The position numbers and the translations under genes are program-made. Below are positions 63,146-64,000 of a stretch of 64,000 nt of DNA, in pieces. The notes below the pieces were generated by a model. It saw nothing but the letters and a program-made list of their open reading frames with translations, had not been told where the DNA came from and ran no database searches. The stretch comes from Candidatus Multivorans sp. (lineage in GTDB: Bacteria; Acidobacteriota; Thermoanaerobaculia; Multivoradales; Multivoraceae). Numbering within the stretch: the stretch's first letter is position 1; every line of letters begins with the position of its first letter. Location: assembly GCA_965224025.1 (NCBI GenBank), contig OZ245033.1, forward strand, positions 928,001 to 992,000, given 5' to 3'.

Positions 63146-63590
63146 CAGTGCGATGACCAGGGCGAGCTGGCCGTCCCTGCGGGCAGCGTCGCTGTGGGTC
63201 GCCAGCGTCCAGGCGATCTCATTGCCGCGCGCGAGAAGTCGCTGGTCCTCGACGTGGGCGCGCCGCAGTTGCTCGGCGCCCTCCGCCGCGGTGGCCGGGC
63301 CGCTCTGGAGCAGAGCGAGCCCGAGTGCGTGGCGGCCGGCGGCATGGTCGGGGTCGTGTTCCAGCAGCGCCCGGTACCCTTCCACCGCTTCATCCAGACG
63401 ACCACGGCCGGCAGCAACCTGAGCGGCGCCGTATAGCGCGTCGACGTCACGTGGCTCCACCGCAAGTACGGCGCCTGCTCCACCTCCACGGACCGTCGCA
63501 GCAGGGACACGGATTCGGCGGGGAAGCTGTCTTCGTACCGGCGCGCGTAGCTCGCGAGCGAGAAGGAGTGAAGAAGGGCCGTCCACAACC
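63146..63590 (-). pseudogene. TPR protein fragment
   Basis: 'DEAVEGYRALLEHDPDHAAGRHALG', 'NEIAWTLATHSDAARRDG'; truncated at the dnaE2 duplicate. Confidence 0.5.
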
Positions 63591-63594
63591 GATT

Positions 63595-64000
63595 TCACCT
63601 GGTCATCGCGGCAACGAGATCGCGCGCCCTCCCCAGTGAGCCGCCGCACTCCGTCAACCAGTCCGGTTCCTCGCCCACCTTGACCGAGAGCCAGGACGTG
63701 TCGGTCGCACTTGCGCCCGTGTGTTGACCCATATGACCGATCACGTACTGCTTCAGCACAGGTTTAGGAATCACCCAAGCATGTGCATCGAAAGGGGAGA
63801 TACCCAATGCGAAGACATAGTCGTAGTTCTGGTCACGAATTTGTTGAAACTTGTACCCGCCACCTCTCCAAAGCGTTGAGAACTTGATCTCGACTCGCCG
63901 GCCCTCAATGAGCCGGTCGGCCTCTGAGTCGGGCGACTTCACGACATCGAAGTCCTTGGCAGCGCACCATGCTGCCACCAGCCGCTCACCTATAGCACCA
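63595..64000 (-). CDS. Restriction endonuclease-like PD-(D/E)XK protein (5' partial)
   Basis: 'GERLV...EADRLIEGRRVEIKFSTLW...FQQIRDQNYD'; lower GC; runs off the window edge. Confidence 0.6.
   Translation of the reverse strand, partial: GAIGERLVAAWCAAKDFDVVKSPDSEADRLIEGRRVEIKFSTLWRGGGYKFQQIRDQNYDYVFALGISPFDAHAWVIPKPVLKQYVIGHMGQHTGASATDTSWLSVKVGEEPDWLTECGGSLGRARDLVAAMTR

Noticed and set aside
1-64000. tRNA, rRNA, riboswitch or prophage genes
   Set aside because: None recognised by eye; a covariance-model scan would be needed to exclude them

Overview
High-GC bacterial chromosomal window (lineage not determinable from sequence alone). The left half (1-30.7 kb) is mostly metabolic: ABC substrate-binding lipoprotein, a UGA-recoded UGSC selenoprotein with a divergent thioredoxin-like partner, MBL hydrolase, a form II cox-like molybdoenzyme cluster (G-S-L-M), acyl-CoA dehydrogenase, pyk, gap plus a catalytically degenerate gap paralog, glcF, aceB, tricorn protease, a PQQ-type propeller and a GT2 fusion. 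An IS630/IS1634 hotspot interrupts it at 9.4-14.6 kb. The right half (30.7-64 kb) is a decaying defence/mobile island: AAA-DUF4143, DUF2442, DISARM-like drmD plus a frameshifted methyltransferase, an IS3-split nuclease-like gene, a SIR2-NTPase-TPR protein, ISAs1, several pseudogenes, nested IS1182::IS110, a TPR protein, dnaE2, vapBC and a partial restriction-like nuclease. Best signal: an IS110 inserted at an AG core inside the left inverted repeat of an IS1182. Its upstream non-coding region forms a long closing stem containing four short segments that match both halves of the target and both halves of the donor junction, i.e. a readable bridge-RNA apparently programmed against another IS's terminal repeat. 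All family assignments come from motif recognition, not database searches.
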